Source: Devosia sp. (GTDB lineage Bacteria > Pseudomonadota > Alphaproteobacteria > Rhizobiales > Devosiaceae). From it: DNA of 40,810 bases. Each line of letters starts with the position of its first letter. Within the stretch, counting starts at the first letter, position 1. The notes beneath the pieces were generated by a model, which was not told where the DNA came from, made no database searches, and worked only from the letters and a program-made list of their open reading frames with translations. A program made the translations under genes and the position numbers. Location of the stretch: the NCBI RefSeq assembly GCF_034675085.1, contig NZ_JAUCDN010000001.1:1-40810 (forward strand), written 5' to 3'. Of this stretch, positions 27,114 through 36,960 are shown piece after piece.

Positions 27114-27524
27114 ATGACCTGGCATACCGGCCGCCTGATCGACCATGTGCATTTGCGGGCGCGCAATTTCCTGGTCACCCGCTATTTCTACGAGCAGGTG
27201 CTGGCCGCGCTCGGCCACAGGATCGAGCAGCAGGGCAAGGACTGGTTCCAGATCGACGAGTTGTTCGTCGACGCCGCCACGGCGCGCACCCCACCCACCC
27301 ATGTGCATCTGGCCTTCCAGGCCCGGGACCGGGAAAGCGTCGATGCCTTCCACAGGGCAGCGCTGATTTCGGGCGGAACCGACAATGGCAAGCCCGGCGA
27401 GCGCGACTATCACCCCGGCTATTATGCCGCCTTCGTGCTCGATCCCGACGGCAACAATATCGAGGCGGTCTGCCACGGCCCGGTGCGCCGCTCGGCTGAA
27501 TCGGTGCGGCTGGACCCCGCTTGA
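27114..27524 (+). CDS. VOC (glyoxalase/bleomycin resistance) family protein
   Basis: IDHVHL, HLAFQA, GGTDNGKPGERDYHPGYYAAFVLDPDGNNIEAV. Confidence 0.92.
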   Translation: MTWHTGRLIDHVHLRARNFLVTRYFYEQVLAALGHRIEQQGKDWFQIDELFVDAATARTPPTHVHLAFQARDRESVDAFHRAALISGGTDNGKPGERDYHPGYYAAFVLDPDGNNIEAVCHGPVRRSAESVRLDPA

Positions 27525-27548
27525 GGCGTTTGCTAGGGGGTCTTTGCC

Positions 27549-28535
27549 CTATTCGATCGGCTGGAACATGGCATTGAGTTCGCTCACCACGCTGTCCATG
27601 CCAGTGCCGCCTTCGGGCGGCTCGGGGGCCACCGCGATATAGGGCACGCCGCTGGGGAAGGCGCCGAACATCTGGAAGAACGCCACCATGTCGTCCAGAA
27701 CCGGCATGCGCCAGCGCCACAGCGCGCCCATGGCGATCACCGGCTCCATATGGCCGAACCCCTCGTAATAGCGCGTCGTCACCCAGACCCCGCTGGCCTT
27801 GAGCCGCTCGGCGAAATGCTCGGTGTTCTGCATGCGCACGATGGGGTCGGTGGTGCCGGTGGCCAGATACATGGGCGGGGTGTCGGCGGTCACCAGATTG
27901 ATCGGCTGCGTGCCCTGCGGATTGGGCGCCTGGCCGAACGCTTCCTGCACCTCGCCATATTCGAAGGGATAGAAATCATAGGGCCCCGACAGCGCCGCCA
28001 CGCCCCTGATCGGCAGGGTGACGCCGTAGTCGCGCAGGAAGGACGGATCGAGCGCCAGCATCACCGCATTATAGGCGCCGGCCGAATGACCGGCGAGGAA
28101 CAGCCGGTTGGGATCGCCGCCGTAATTGGCGATATTGTCCTGCACCCAGCGCAGCGCATTGGCGCTGTCTTCCAGAAAGCCGGGATAGCGCACCTCGGGC
28201 ACGAGGCGATAATCGGCGATGACGACGACGAAGCCGCGCGCCGCCAGCGCCCGCCCGACAAACTGATAGTCGCCCCGGTCGCCCCGGCTCCAGCCCCCGC
28301 CATAGATGAAGAACACCACCGGCGCCGCCGTACCGCGCGCCTCGGGCGCATAAACGTCGAGCCGGTGCCGCTCGCCATCGGCATAGGCGATCGAATCGCC
28401 GGCCTTGACCGTGCCGCCATCCATGGCGGTGGGAATGTTGAACGGGTCCATGATCGAGAGCGCCTGGCTCGGCAGCGGCGCGAGGATCAGGGCCAGCGCG
28501 GCGAGCCCGGCAAGAAGGCGGCGAGAAAGCGGCAT
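27549..28535 (-). CDS. Exported alpha/beta hydrolase (HSL-like esterase/lipase)
   Basis: YGGGW oxyanion motif, DYRL.P, GHSAG nucleophile, D and H triad candidates, N-terminal signal with SRRLL. Confidence 0.88.
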   Translation of the reverse strand: MPLSRRLLAGLAALALILAPLPSQALSIMDPFNIPTAMDGGTVKAGDSIAYADGERHRLDVYAPEARGTAAPVVFFIYGGGWSRGDRGDYQFVGRALAARGFVVVIADYRLVPEVRYPGFLEDSANALRWVQDNIANYGGDPNRLFLAGHSAGAYNAVMLALDPSFLRDYGVTLPIRGVAALSGPYDFYPFEYGEVQEAFGQAPNPQGTQPINLVTADTPPMYLATGTTDPIVRMQNTEHFAERLKASGVWVTTRYYEGFGHMEPVIAMGALWRWRMPVLDDMVAFFQMFGAFPSGVPYIAVAPEPPEGGTGMDSVVSELNAMFQPIE

Positions 28536-28697
28536 CGGACAGCCTGGAGGAAACAATTGCGGATGGGTCGGGCTTGGCCGGCAAAACCGGAGATTTTAAG
28601 GCGCCGGAATGGGCGAGGGCAGGCATCTTCCATCTGGGAAAACGGCCTGCCCTCTACTTAAGCGGGAAAAGCATGCGCCCGAAGGGTTAACAGGAGC

Positions 28698-29900
28698 TTA
28701 ACGCTTCAGCCGGTCGAGCAGGCGCCCCGAGACATGCCCGTCCGGGGCCAGCCCCTTGCTCGTCTGATAGGCGATGACGGCGGCGCGGGTGCGCGGGCCG
28801 ATGACGCCGTCGGGCGTGCCCACGTCATAGCCGGCGCGGCCGAGCAGGGTCTGGAGTTCGGCGCGCTGGTCCTTGGAGAGCGCATAGTCATTGGCCGGCC
28901 AGGGCGTGGCGAAGCCGCCGCCCCCCAGGATGCGGTCGGCCAGATGGCCCACCGCCAGCGCATAGCTGTCGGAATTGTTGTAGCGCTTGATGACGTCGAA
29001 ATTGGGCAGCAGCAGGAAGGCGGGCCCGGCGGAACCGGCGGGCATATAGAGCCGGCCGACATCGGCGGGGCGCGGAAAGGCCTTGCCCGAAACCCGCTGG
29101 ATGCCCAGCGCCTGCCATTGGCTGAGCGGGGCGCGCTCGAGCTGGCGAGCCCGGGAAAAATCGAAGCCGGACGGCAGCTTGACCTCATAGCCCCAGGTTT
29201 CGCCCGGGCGCCAGCCGAAGCTGTGCAGATAATTGGCGGTGGAGCCCAGCGCGTCGGGCACCGAGTTCCAGATATCCTTCTTGCCGTCGCCATTATAGTC
29301 GACCGCATAGCGCATGAAGCTCGACGGCATGAACTGGGTATGGCCCATGGCCCCGGCCCAGGAGCCGACCATGCGCGAGGGCGTCACATGCCCGTCCGAG
29401 ATGATGCGCAGCGCCGTCAGCAGCTCGTTGCGGAAGAAATCGGCCCGATACCCCCCTTCGGTGAGGGTGGCCAGGGCATAGATGGTGTTCTCTCCGCCCA
29501 TGAAGCCGCCGAAATTGGTTTCCATGCCCCAGATGGCCAGCACGATTTCGGGCTGCACGCCCCAGCGCTGCTGGGCGCCGGCCAGCGTCTGGCGCCATTC
29601 GGCGCGCATGGCCTGGCCCTTTTTCGCCTGCGCATCGGTGACGCGCCGGTCGATATATTGCTGCACGGTGGAGGTGAATTCGGGCTGCTTGCGCGTCAGC
29701 TCCATCACCTTGGGCAGGTAGCTGTACCCGGAAAAGGCCGCCTCGAAGGCGGAGCGGCTAACCCCGCGCGCTTCGGCCTGAGGCCACAATCCGCGCACGA
29801 AATCGGCGCTGCTGGCAAAAGCGGGGGAAACGGCGGCGGCCGATGCCGCCATGAGGGCCAGGGCGAGGATATGGCGCATTCCGGCGCGGACGATCGACAT
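28698..29900 (-). CDS. Lytic murein transglycosylase (MltB-like) with C-terminal peptidoglycan-binding domain
   Basis: IWGMETNFG, GSWAGAMGHTQFMPSS, DYNGDGKKD, RYNNSDSYALAV, DGVIGPRTRAA. Start uncertain (29879-29903). Confidence 0.92.
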   Translation of the reverse strand: MSIVRAGMRHILALALMAASAAAVSPAFASSADFVRGLWPQAEARGVSRSAFEAAFSGYSYLPKVMELTRKQPEFTSTVQQYIDRRVTDAQAKKGQAMRAEWRQTLAGAQQRWGVQPEIVLAIWGMETNFGGFMGGENTIYALATLTEGGYRADFFRNELLTALRIISDGHVTPSRMVGSWAGAMGHTQFMPSSFMRYAVDYNGDGKKDIWNSVPDALGSTANYLHSFGWRPGETWGYEVKLPSGFDFSRARQLERAPLSQWQALGIQRVSGKAFPRPADVGRLYMPAGSAGPAFLLLPNFDVIKRYNNSDSYALAVGHLADRILGGGGFATPWPANDYALSKDQRAELQTLLGRAGYDVGTPDGVIGPRTRAAVIAYQTSKGLAPDGHVSGRLLDRLKR

Positions 29901-29984
29901 GATGGGCCTCGTTTTACGCAAACACAGTCGCGCCCTGCCCCCCGATGCCGCCAAGGACGCATAGGCAAATATTAACGCACCCGA

Positions 29985-29999
29985 TTAAGATGGTGTTAA
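29985..29999. promoter_or_regulatory. CtrA-like box TTAA-N7-TTAA upstream of the transglycosylase
   Basis: TTAAgatggtgTTAA, with an extra TTAAC half-site at 29972-29976. Confidence 0.6.
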
Positions 30000-30028
30000 G
30001 GCAAAGCCGTGCCCCGATCACGATGGCG

Positions 30029-32206
30029 TCAGCCCGCTGCTGGCGCCCCCTTGCCCCTGCCCCGGCGCGGCGGTTCGGCATGCAGGACGCGGCCCGAGGC
30101 ACGCGCTTCCCCGCCCTGCACATAGGTGATGTGCGGATAGGGAATCTCGATGCCCTCTTCGGCAAAGACCGCCTTGACCAGCTCGTTGAACTTGCGCCCG
30201 ATGGCCCATTGCTTGCCCGGCAGGGTCTTGATGCGGGCGCGCACGGTGACGGCCGAGGCCGCGAAGCCGATAATGCCCTGCATGTCGAGCTCGTCGAGAA
30301 TTTCGTCCTTGTGCGGGGTCTGCATCAGCCGATCGAAGGCGGTGGCGAGCGCGGCGCGCACCTGGTCGATATCGCTGTCATAGGCCACGCCGATCTCGGC
30401 GACGTGGAAGGAGAAGCCGCGCATCATGTTGCTGACCTGGTCCACCGAGGAAAACGGGATCAGATGCACCGTGCCGGAGAGATCGCGGATGGTGACCGAG
30501 CGGATGGTGAGCTTTTCCACCACCCCCGATTTGTCGCCCACCGCCACCACGTCGCCCTCGTTCATGATGTTCTCGAACTGGATGAAGATGCCGGTGATGA
30601 TGTCCTGCACCAGCTTCTGGGCGCCGAAACCGATGGCCAGGCCGACCACACCGGCACCGGCGATGAGCGGGGCGATATTGACCCCCACCTGGGCCAGCGC
30701 CAGCATCAGCCCGAAAATCACCAGCGCCACGGTAAAGGCGTTCTTGAACAGGTTCAGCAGCGTCTTTTCGCGCGGGGTCGGCGCCTTGCCGATGGTGGTG
30801 TTGAGCCGATATTCGACCCAGGACGCCACCACCACATGCAACACGATGCACACCAGCACGATCAGCGCCGCCGACAGCACCGAGCCGGCCAGTTGCTGGC
30901 CCGCCTCGCTGCCGATCCAGCCGAGAAAATCGAAGATCGACCAGGCCTGGGCGATGGTCACCACCACCCCGCCGACCACCACCCCATGCACCACCCGCAT
31001 GACATGGGGCACGAAGGCGTGCAGCCGTCCCTCCAGCAGGGGCAGGCGCTTCTTGACGTCCTCGGGCAGTTTCATGCCGGCGGTGACCGCGCGGGAGATG
31101 AAGCTGCCCACCAGCGTTCCCACCACGATGGCGATCACCGATTGTACCGTGGCGCCAAGCATGAAGGGCAGCGCCTCGTCGGGATTGGTGAACCACACCA
31201 CCAGCAGGGTCACCAGATAGAGGATGGCCAGCTGATGCCAGTGTTGCCCCACCAGGCGCAACACCTGCCCCATGCCGACGCCACCGCGCTTCGCGGCCAG
31301 CAGATAGAGCCAGTTGCGCACGTCGTCGCGGTTTTGCAGCACGATGACGATGCCGATGGTCACCGCCGCCGCCATCACCAGCACCTGCACCGAAGCGGCG
31401 GCGCCAGGAGTGAGATTGGCGGCCAGAAGCGGCGTGACGAAAAAGAAGGTATAGGCCAGAAGCGCGATGATGCGCGCCAGCCAGAACGACCAATAGGCGG
31501 CATTGTCGTCGCCCACCGGCAGAAGCCGCAATTCCTCGTGCGGCGGCGACAGGATGGTGCGCACCACCAGCTTGCTCAGTTCCACCACCAGGAAGGCGTT
31601 GAGCAGCAGCGACTGGTTGATGCCCATGCGCCCGCTCATCGTGCCGGCCAGCAGCAGCGCCAGCACATAGCCGCAGCCCCAGGCCAGCAGCACCGCGCCG
31701 AAATCGACGAGCGCCGCCATGGCCGCCCCGAAAATGCGCGACAGCCAGCCCTTGCCCGCCACCCGCCCGGCAATGACCCGTTGCAGCCGCTTGACGACGA
31801 GCCGCAGCAGCAGGAACACCCCGATCAGCCCCACCGCCACCGCCAGGACCGCCAGCGCCACATCGCGCAGGGCGGTGAAATCGGCATCCATGGTACCGGT
31901 CAGCCCATGCTGCAATTCGACGAAGACCGAGCCCAGCGAGCGCAGCGTGGTCGAGGCGCCCTCGGCCACCGTCTTGGTATATTCGGCCAATTGCCGCGCG
32001 ATGCTGAGATCGGGCGGCAGCGTCTCCTCCGCCGGCGCACCGCTTTCCGCCTGCTTGAGCTTGTCCACCAGCGCCGCCCGCGTCTCGGGATTTTCGATGA
32101 TGCGCACAAGCTCGCTTATGCCGGCGTCGTCCGCCACTGGCGCCGCCTCCTGGGCGAAAGCGCCGGGCGTGAAAATCAGCAAAAAGACCAGGAGCAGCAA
32201 GCGCAT
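30029..32206 (-). CDS. Large mechanosensitive channel, MscS family (YbiO-like)
   Basis: AGAGVVGLAIGFGAQKLVQDII.G, GVVEKLTIRS..IRD..G..H.IP, GIEIPYPH. Signal peptide plus many transmembrane helices. Start 32206 or 32212. Confidence 0.9.
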   Translation of the reverse strand: MRLLLLVFLLIFTPGAFAQEAAPVADDAGISELVRIIENPETRAALVDKLKQAESGAPAEETLPPDLSIARQLAEYTKTVAEGASTTLRSLGSVFVELQHGLTGTMDADFTALRDVALAVLAVAVGLIGVFLLLRLVVKRLQRVIAGRVAGKGWLSRIFGAAMAALVDFGAVLLAWGCGYVLALLLAGTMSGRMGINQSLLLNAFLVVELSKLVVRTILSPPHEELRLLPVGDDNAAYWSFWLARIIALLAYTFFFVTPLLAANLTPGAAASVQVLVMAAAVTIGIVIVLQNRDDVRNWLYLLAAKRGGVGMGQVLRLVGQHWHQLAILYLVTLLVVWFTNPDEALPFMLGATVQSVIAIVVGTLVGSFISRAVTAGMKLPEDVKKRLPLLEGRLHAFVPHVMRVVHGVVVGGVVVTIAQAWSIFDFLGWIGSEAGQQLAGSVLSAALIVLVCIVLHVVVASWVEYRLNTTIGKAPTPREKTLLNLFKNAFTVALVIFGLMLALAQVGVNIAPLIAGAGVVGLAIGFGAQKLVQDIITGIFIQFENIMNEGDVVAVGDKSGVVEKLTIRSVTIRDLSGTVHLIPFSSVDQVSNMMRGFSFHVAEIGVAYDSDIDQVRAALATAFDRLMQTPHKDEILDELDMQGIIGFAASAVTVRARIKTLPGKQWAIGRKFNELVKAVFAEEGIEIPYPHITYVQGGEARASGRVLHAEPPRRGRGKGAPAAG

Positions 32207-32369
32207 GGGCATGATCCGAAAGCGAAGCAATGCATCCATCATAGGCCGAGAAAGCCGGTGCCCGCCACCGGCCCCTTGCATCATGTCTTGCCATCGACGG
32301 CGGGAGAGTAAAATGCCCCCTTGGGGCGTTTCCCGTCACCTCTCCTTTGATCTGCGGCGGTCTTTCTTC

Positions 32370-32456
32370 ACCTCTCCCTTGGGGGAGAGGTCGGCGCGTA
32401 GCGCCGGGTGAGGGGGCCTGCCAGTAGGCTCCGCTCCTGGAAAAGGCCCCTAACCC
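32370..32456. repeat. Alphaproteobacterial GC-rich palindromic intergenic repeat (RIME2/REP-like)
   Basis: acctctccc-ttgg-gggagaggt hairpin, cggcgc-gta-gcgccg hairpin, and gggtgagggg...cccctaaccc arms. Confidence 0.6.
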
Positions 32457-32480
32457 TTATCTTCGAGCTTTTCACACCCC

Positions 32481-33689
32481 CTACCCCGGCAAGACCCCGA
32501 ACATCTCATCCAGCATATGCCGGCGCGCCAGTTCGAGCGCACCGATCAGCCCGGCCCTGCCGCCGCTGCTGCTTACCACCATTTCGAGCGGGCGCATCCA
32601 GGCCTGGGCGACATGCTGGCTCACCCGGGCGATGAATTCAGGGCGCGCGCCGATGGAGCCGCCGAACACCACGATCTCGGGATCTACCAGCGCCAGCATG
32701 GTCAGCAGCGCCCGCGCCACCTGCGCGCCAACCCCGTCCAGCGTCCGCAGCGCGGCGTCCTCGCCTGTCCCGGCGGCGACGAAAATATCCCATACGCTGT
32801 GGCCGGCATCGCCACCGGCGGCGACATAGGCGCTGCGGATGCCCGCCTCCCCCACCCTTTCCTCCAGCGCGGCGACGCCGGGTGCCTCGATCTGCCAGAG
32901 CGGCATGTAGCCCATTTCGCCGGCGCCGCCATGGGCGCCGCGCAGCAGGCAGCCATTGACCATCAGCGCTCCGCCGATCCCGGTGCCCAGCGCGACGAAC
33001 ACGGCATTGCGCCGGTCGGTCGCCGCGCCCTGGCTGGTCTCGGCCAGCAGCGCCAGATTGACGTCGTTATCGATCAGCACCTCCAGCCCCAGCCCCTGCT
33101 TGAGCGCGGCGCGCAGATTGCGCCCTTCCAGTCCCGGCAGGTTTCCAGCCAGGCTCAGATCAGCGGTTTCGGGGTGCACGGCGGCAGGAACGCCGACAGC
33201 CGCCCGGCGCAGGCGCAGGCGCGGGGCCTGCGCCATCTCGCAGAGCTGCTCGGTCATGCGGGCCAGTTGCGCCACCAAGCTATCGGCCCCTTCCCGCGTG
33301 GTGGGCTCGGTCATTTCCGCCAGCACCCGCCCCCGCAAATCGCCGATCGCGCCGGCCACCTTGGTTCCCCCCACATCGAACCCGACCGTCAGCGCGGCGT
33401 CGGATTTGAGGGCATAGGAAAGCTGCGAGCGGCCCGGCGTGCCGCCCAGCACGCCCTGCACCTGCACCAGGTCGTAGATTTCCAGCTCCGCCAGCAACTC
33501 GGTGACCGCCAGCCGCGACAGGCCGACTTTTTGCGCCAATGCGGGGCGCTGGATCGATTCTTCCGCCATCAGGGTTTCGACCAGAAGGCGTAAGTAACCA
33601 GCCTGTGAATTTTTTCGCGCCGAGAGCGGCGCTTTCTTGGCGGCGAGAACAGATGCCCTAGACCCCTGATTCCATTGCCAATCTTCCAT
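32481..33689 (-). CDS. ROK family transcriptional regulator
   Basis: N-terminal HTH (LAQKVGLSRLAVTEL), GFDVGGTKV, IDNDVNLA, GTGIGGAL, GAHGGAGEMG. Confidence 0.92.
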   Translation of the reverse strand: MEDWQWNQGSRASVLAAKKAPLSARKNSQAGYLRLLVETLMAEESIQRPALAQKVGLSRLAVTELLAELEIYDLVQVQGVLGGTPGRSQLSYALKSDAALTVGFDVGGTKVAGAIGDLRGRVLAEMTEPTTREGADSLVAQLARMTEQLCEMAQAPRLRLRRAAVGVPAAVHPETADLSLAGNLPGLEGRNLRAALKQGLGLEVLIDNDVNLALLAETSQGAATDRRNAVFVALGTGIGGALMVNGCLLRGAHGGAGEMGYMPLWQIEAPGVAALEERVGEAGIRSAYVAAGGDAGHSVWDIFVAAGTGEDAALRTLDGVGAQVARALLTMLALVDPEIVVFGGSIGARPEFIARVSQHVAQAWMRPLEMVVSSSGGRAGLIGALELARRHMLDEMFGVLPG

Positions 33690-33968
33690 TCAAGTTCTCC
33701 GCTTGCCCCCATTTCGCGCCAGGCCAGGGTAGAAGTGCAAATTTTTTCGTATTGCACCTTGCTTGCTGGCGCGCATAGATAGTCATGTAACAGCATGAAA
33801 ACTGGCAATGAGACAAGATAATTGTACGGCCGGTTGCTGAGACAGGATGGAGAGGGAGGCTAGTCATGAAAATATTTTTAGTTTCGACTGACCGCCCGGT
33901 GAGGACTGTTCACACGTTCGGCAATTCACCAAATGGTGCATTGCCGGCAGCAGCATGAGGGACGATTT

Positions 33969-35876
33969 ATGATGGCCAAGAATTGGATTGCGCGCCTGGC
34001 AATCGCCGCGCTGGCCGGGACGGCCTTGGCGGCCCCGGCCTGGGCATTCCAGGAAGCGCCGATGCTGACCGAGAAGGTCGAGGCGGGCGAGCTGCCGCCG
34101 CTCGAGGAGCGGCTGCCGACGCACCCCACCGTGGTCGAGGCGCTTAGCGTCGGTGAATATGGCGGCGTCTGGCGCCGCGCCTTCAACGGCCCCGGCGACC
34201 GCTGGGGGCCGACCAAGCTCATGGAAGAGCGCGTGCTCAAATGGGCCGCCGACGAGACTGGCGGCGCCGTGCTGGTTCCGGGCTATATCGAATCCTATTC
34301 GGTCAACGACGATTCCACCGAGTTCACCTTCACCCTGCTCGAAGGGCTGAAATGGTCCGATGGCGTTCCCGTGACCACCGAGGATGTGCGCTTCTGGTAT
34401 GAGGACGTCTTCCTCAATCCCGAGGTCAATCCCTCCATCGACGCCACGCTGGCGCCGGGCGGCAAGCCCATGGAAGTCAGCATTGCCGACGAGCGCACCT
34501 TCACCGTCAAGTTCGGCCAGCCCTATGTCTATTTCCTGCAGATCCTGGCCAAGGATTCCACCGGCGAGCCGAGCCTGGACCGTCCCAGCTTCGTCTATCC
34601 CAAGCATTATCTCAGCCAGTTCAACAATAAATATGCCAGCGAGGCCGAGCTTGCGGCCGCCGCAACCAAGTTCCAGGTCGAAAACTGGAAGGGGCTGTGG
34701 GGCTCCAAGGGCGCGGTGACCGCCTGGTGGCTCAATCCCGACCTGCCGGTACTGACCGCCTGGCAGATCGAGACGCCGCCCCCCGCCGATACCGTTACCA
34801 TGGTGCGCAATCCCTACTACTGGTCCGTCGACCAGGAGGGCAACCAGCTCCCCTATATCGACCGGATCGAGCATCGCCTGTTCCAGGACCCCGAGACGCT
34901 CAACCTGATGATCGCCCAGGGCCAGCTCGACATGCAGGACCGGCACCTGAACTTGGCGAACTACACTTTCTACCGCGAGAACGAGGAGCGCGGCGGCTAC
35001 CACATCGTCAACTGGAAGGATTCCAACATCTGGTCGCTGGTGCCCAATATCACCACCACCGACGATGTGCTGCGCGGCCTGTTCGCGGATGCGCGGGTGC
35101 GCGAGGCCCTGTCAGTGGCCATCGACCGCGAGCTTATCATCGAGCTGACCCAGTCGGGCCTGGGCAAGCCGGTGCAGGCCGCCCCCGTCTCTGGTTCGCA
35201 ATATTACGTGCCCGAGCTGTCCGAGCACTGGGTCGAGTACGATCCCGACCACGCCAATGCGCTGCTGGACGAGGCCGGGCTCACCGAGCGCGACGCCCAG
35301 GGCTTCCGCCTGCGTCCCGATGGGCAGCGTTTCAGCCTGATCGTGGAGGCCAACGACGCCTCCTACGCCAAGACGCTGGAGCTTCTGGCCGAGAACTATG
35401 CCGATATCGGCGTGGAAATGCTGCCCCGCGTCATCGACCGCACGCAATGGGACAACAACCGCTCCAACAACGACTTCCAGATGCAGTGGATGCCCTATGA
35501 CCGCATGACCTATGTGCCGGCCGATCCGCGGCGCCTGATGGGATCGGACTCCTTCGCCAACCAGTATTACGTCTGGTACAATACCGATGGCACGTCCGGC
35601 ATCGAGCCGCCGGCCGACCATCCGCTGCGCGAGGTGTTCGATCTGTGGGACCAGGCCTCCTCCTCCGCCTCGGTGGAAGTGGCCGACGCCCATGTCGCCG
35701 AGATGGTGCGCATATTCGCCGAACAGGGCTGGGTGATCGGCGTCTATGGCGAGGGCCCGGTGGTCAATGTGGTTTCCAACCGCATGCACAACGTCCAGCC
35801 TGATCTGGTGCAGGACGATATCTTCCGCGGCGTGGGCATGGCCCGCACCCAGCAGTTCTGGCTCGACCAGGATTGA
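33969..35876 (+). CDS. ABC transporter substrate-binding protein, family 5 (Opp/Dpp type, probably carbohydrate-binding)
   Basis: Signal peptide (AWA), EAPML..VEAGELPPLEERLP, KWSDGVP.T.EDV, RNPYYW.VD.EGNQLPYID. Confidence 0.92.
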   Translation: MMAKNWIARLAIAALAGTALAAPAWAFQEAPMLTEKVEAGELPPLEERLPTHPTVVEALSVGEYGGVWRRAFNGPGDRWGPTKLMEERVLKWAADETGGAVLVPGYIESYSVNDDSTEFTFTLLEGLKWSDGVPVTTEDVRFWYEDVFLNPEVNPSIDATLAPGGKPMEVSIADERTFTVKFGQPYVYFLQILAKDSTGEPSLDRPSFVYPKHYLSQFNNKYASEAELAAAATKFQVENWKGLWGSKGAVTAWWLNPDLPVLTAWQIETPPPADTVTMVRNPYYWSVDQEGNQLPYIDRIEHRLFQDPETLNLMIAQGQLDMQDRHLNLANYTFYRENEERGGYHIVNWKDSNIWSLVPNITTTDDVLRGLFADARVREALSVAIDRELIIELTQSGLGKPVQAAPVSGSQYYVPELSEHWVEYDPDHANALLDEAGLTERDAQGFRLRPDGQRFSLIVEANDASYAKTLELLAENYADIGVEMLPRVIDRTQWDNNRSNNDFQMQWMPYDRMTYVPADPRRLMGSDSFANQYYVWYNTDGTSGIEPPADHPLREVFDLWDQASSSASVEVADAHVAEMVRIFAEQGWVIGVYGEGPVVNVVSNRMHNVQPDLVQDDIFRGVGMARTQQFWLDQD

Positions 35877-35888
35877 TCTGGCCAAATG

Positions 35889-35912
35889 GCCCGGGGGCTT
35901 TTGTCCCCGGGC
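35889..35912. other. Intra-operon hairpin after the SBP gene
   Basis: gcccgggg (35889-35896) pairs with ccccgggc (35905-35912). Confidence 0.5.
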
Positions 35913-35963
35913 TTGGTTTCCGCCCGATCTCGAGGGCGGCTGGAAGGCAAGAGGACCTGCGGC

Positions 35964-36950
35964 ATGGTTGCCTTTATTCTGCGGCGCGCGCTTCTGGCGA
36001 TACCGACGCTCATCTTCATTTCCTTCATTTCCTTCGTCATCATCCAGCTTCCGCCGGGCGATTACGTGTCGGCCTATGCCGCCGAGCTGCGCCGCGCCGG
36101 CGACTACATCTCGCCGGCCCAGGAAGCGGTGATGCGCGAGCAGATGGGGCTGAACGATCCGCTGCTGGTGCAATATTGGCGCTGGATCAGCGCCATCGTG
36201 CTGCGCGGCGATTTCGGCTATTCGCTGGATTGGAACGCCCCGGTTTCCACCCTGATCTGGGACCGGCTGGGCGTCACCCTGGCCATTTCCTCGGCCAGCC
36301 TGGTCATCACCTGGCTGATCGCCATTCCGGTGGGCGTCTATTCGGCGACGCGCCAATATTCCTTCTTCGACTACGTGTTCACCGTCTTCGGCTTTCTGGG
36401 CAAGGGCATCCCCGACTTCCTCCTGGCCCTGGTGCTGATGTGGATCGCCTTCGTCTATATGAACCTGCATGTGGGCGGCCTGTTCTCCCCCGCCTTCGAG
36501 ACCGCGCCCTGGAGCTGGGCCAAGCTGGTCGATCTGATGCAGCATCTGTGGATTCCGCTGGTGGTGCTGGCCACGGGCGGGGCGGCCGGGCTCATCCGCG
36601 TCATGCGCGCCAACATGCTCGACGAGCTGGGCAAGCCCTATGTGGAAACCGCCTATGCCCAGGGCCTGTCGGAATCCCGCGTGGTCTGGAACTATCCGGT
36701 GCGCGTCGCGCTCAACCCGTTCATTTCCACCGTGGGCTGGGCTTTGCCGGCGCTGTTTTCCGGCGACATCATCACCGCCGTAGTGCTCAACCTGCCCACC
36801 ACCGGGCCGGTGCTGCTCCAGGCGCTCAAGATGCAGGACATGTATCTGGCCGGCAGCTTCATTCTCATCCTCAGCGTCTTCACCGTCATCGGCACGCTGA
36901 TTTCCGACATCCTGCTGGCGTGGTTCGACCCGCGCATCCGCTACGCGTGA
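35964..36950 (+). CDS. Opp/Dpp-family ABC permease (DppB-like)
   Basis: FILRRALLAIPTL, IQLPPGD, GDFGYS, RANMLDEL.KPYV, DILLAWFDPRIR. Confidence 0.93.
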   Translation: MVAFILRRALLAIPTLIFISFISFVIIQLPPGDYVSAYAAELRRAGDYISPAQEAVMREQMGLNDPLLVQYWRWISAIVLRGDFGYSLDWNAPVSTLIWDRLGVTLAISSASLVITWLIAIPVGVYSATRQYSFFDYVFTVFGFLGKGIPDFLLALVLMWIAFVYMNLHVGGLFSPAFETAPWSWAKLVDLMQHLWIPLVVLATGGAAGLIRVMRANMLDELGKPYVETAYAQGLSESRVVWNYPVRVALNPFISTVGWALPALFSGDIITAVVLNLPTTGPVLLQALKMQDMYLAGSFILILSVFTVIGTLISDILLAWFDPRIRYA

Positions 36951-36960
36951 GGGCCCCATC

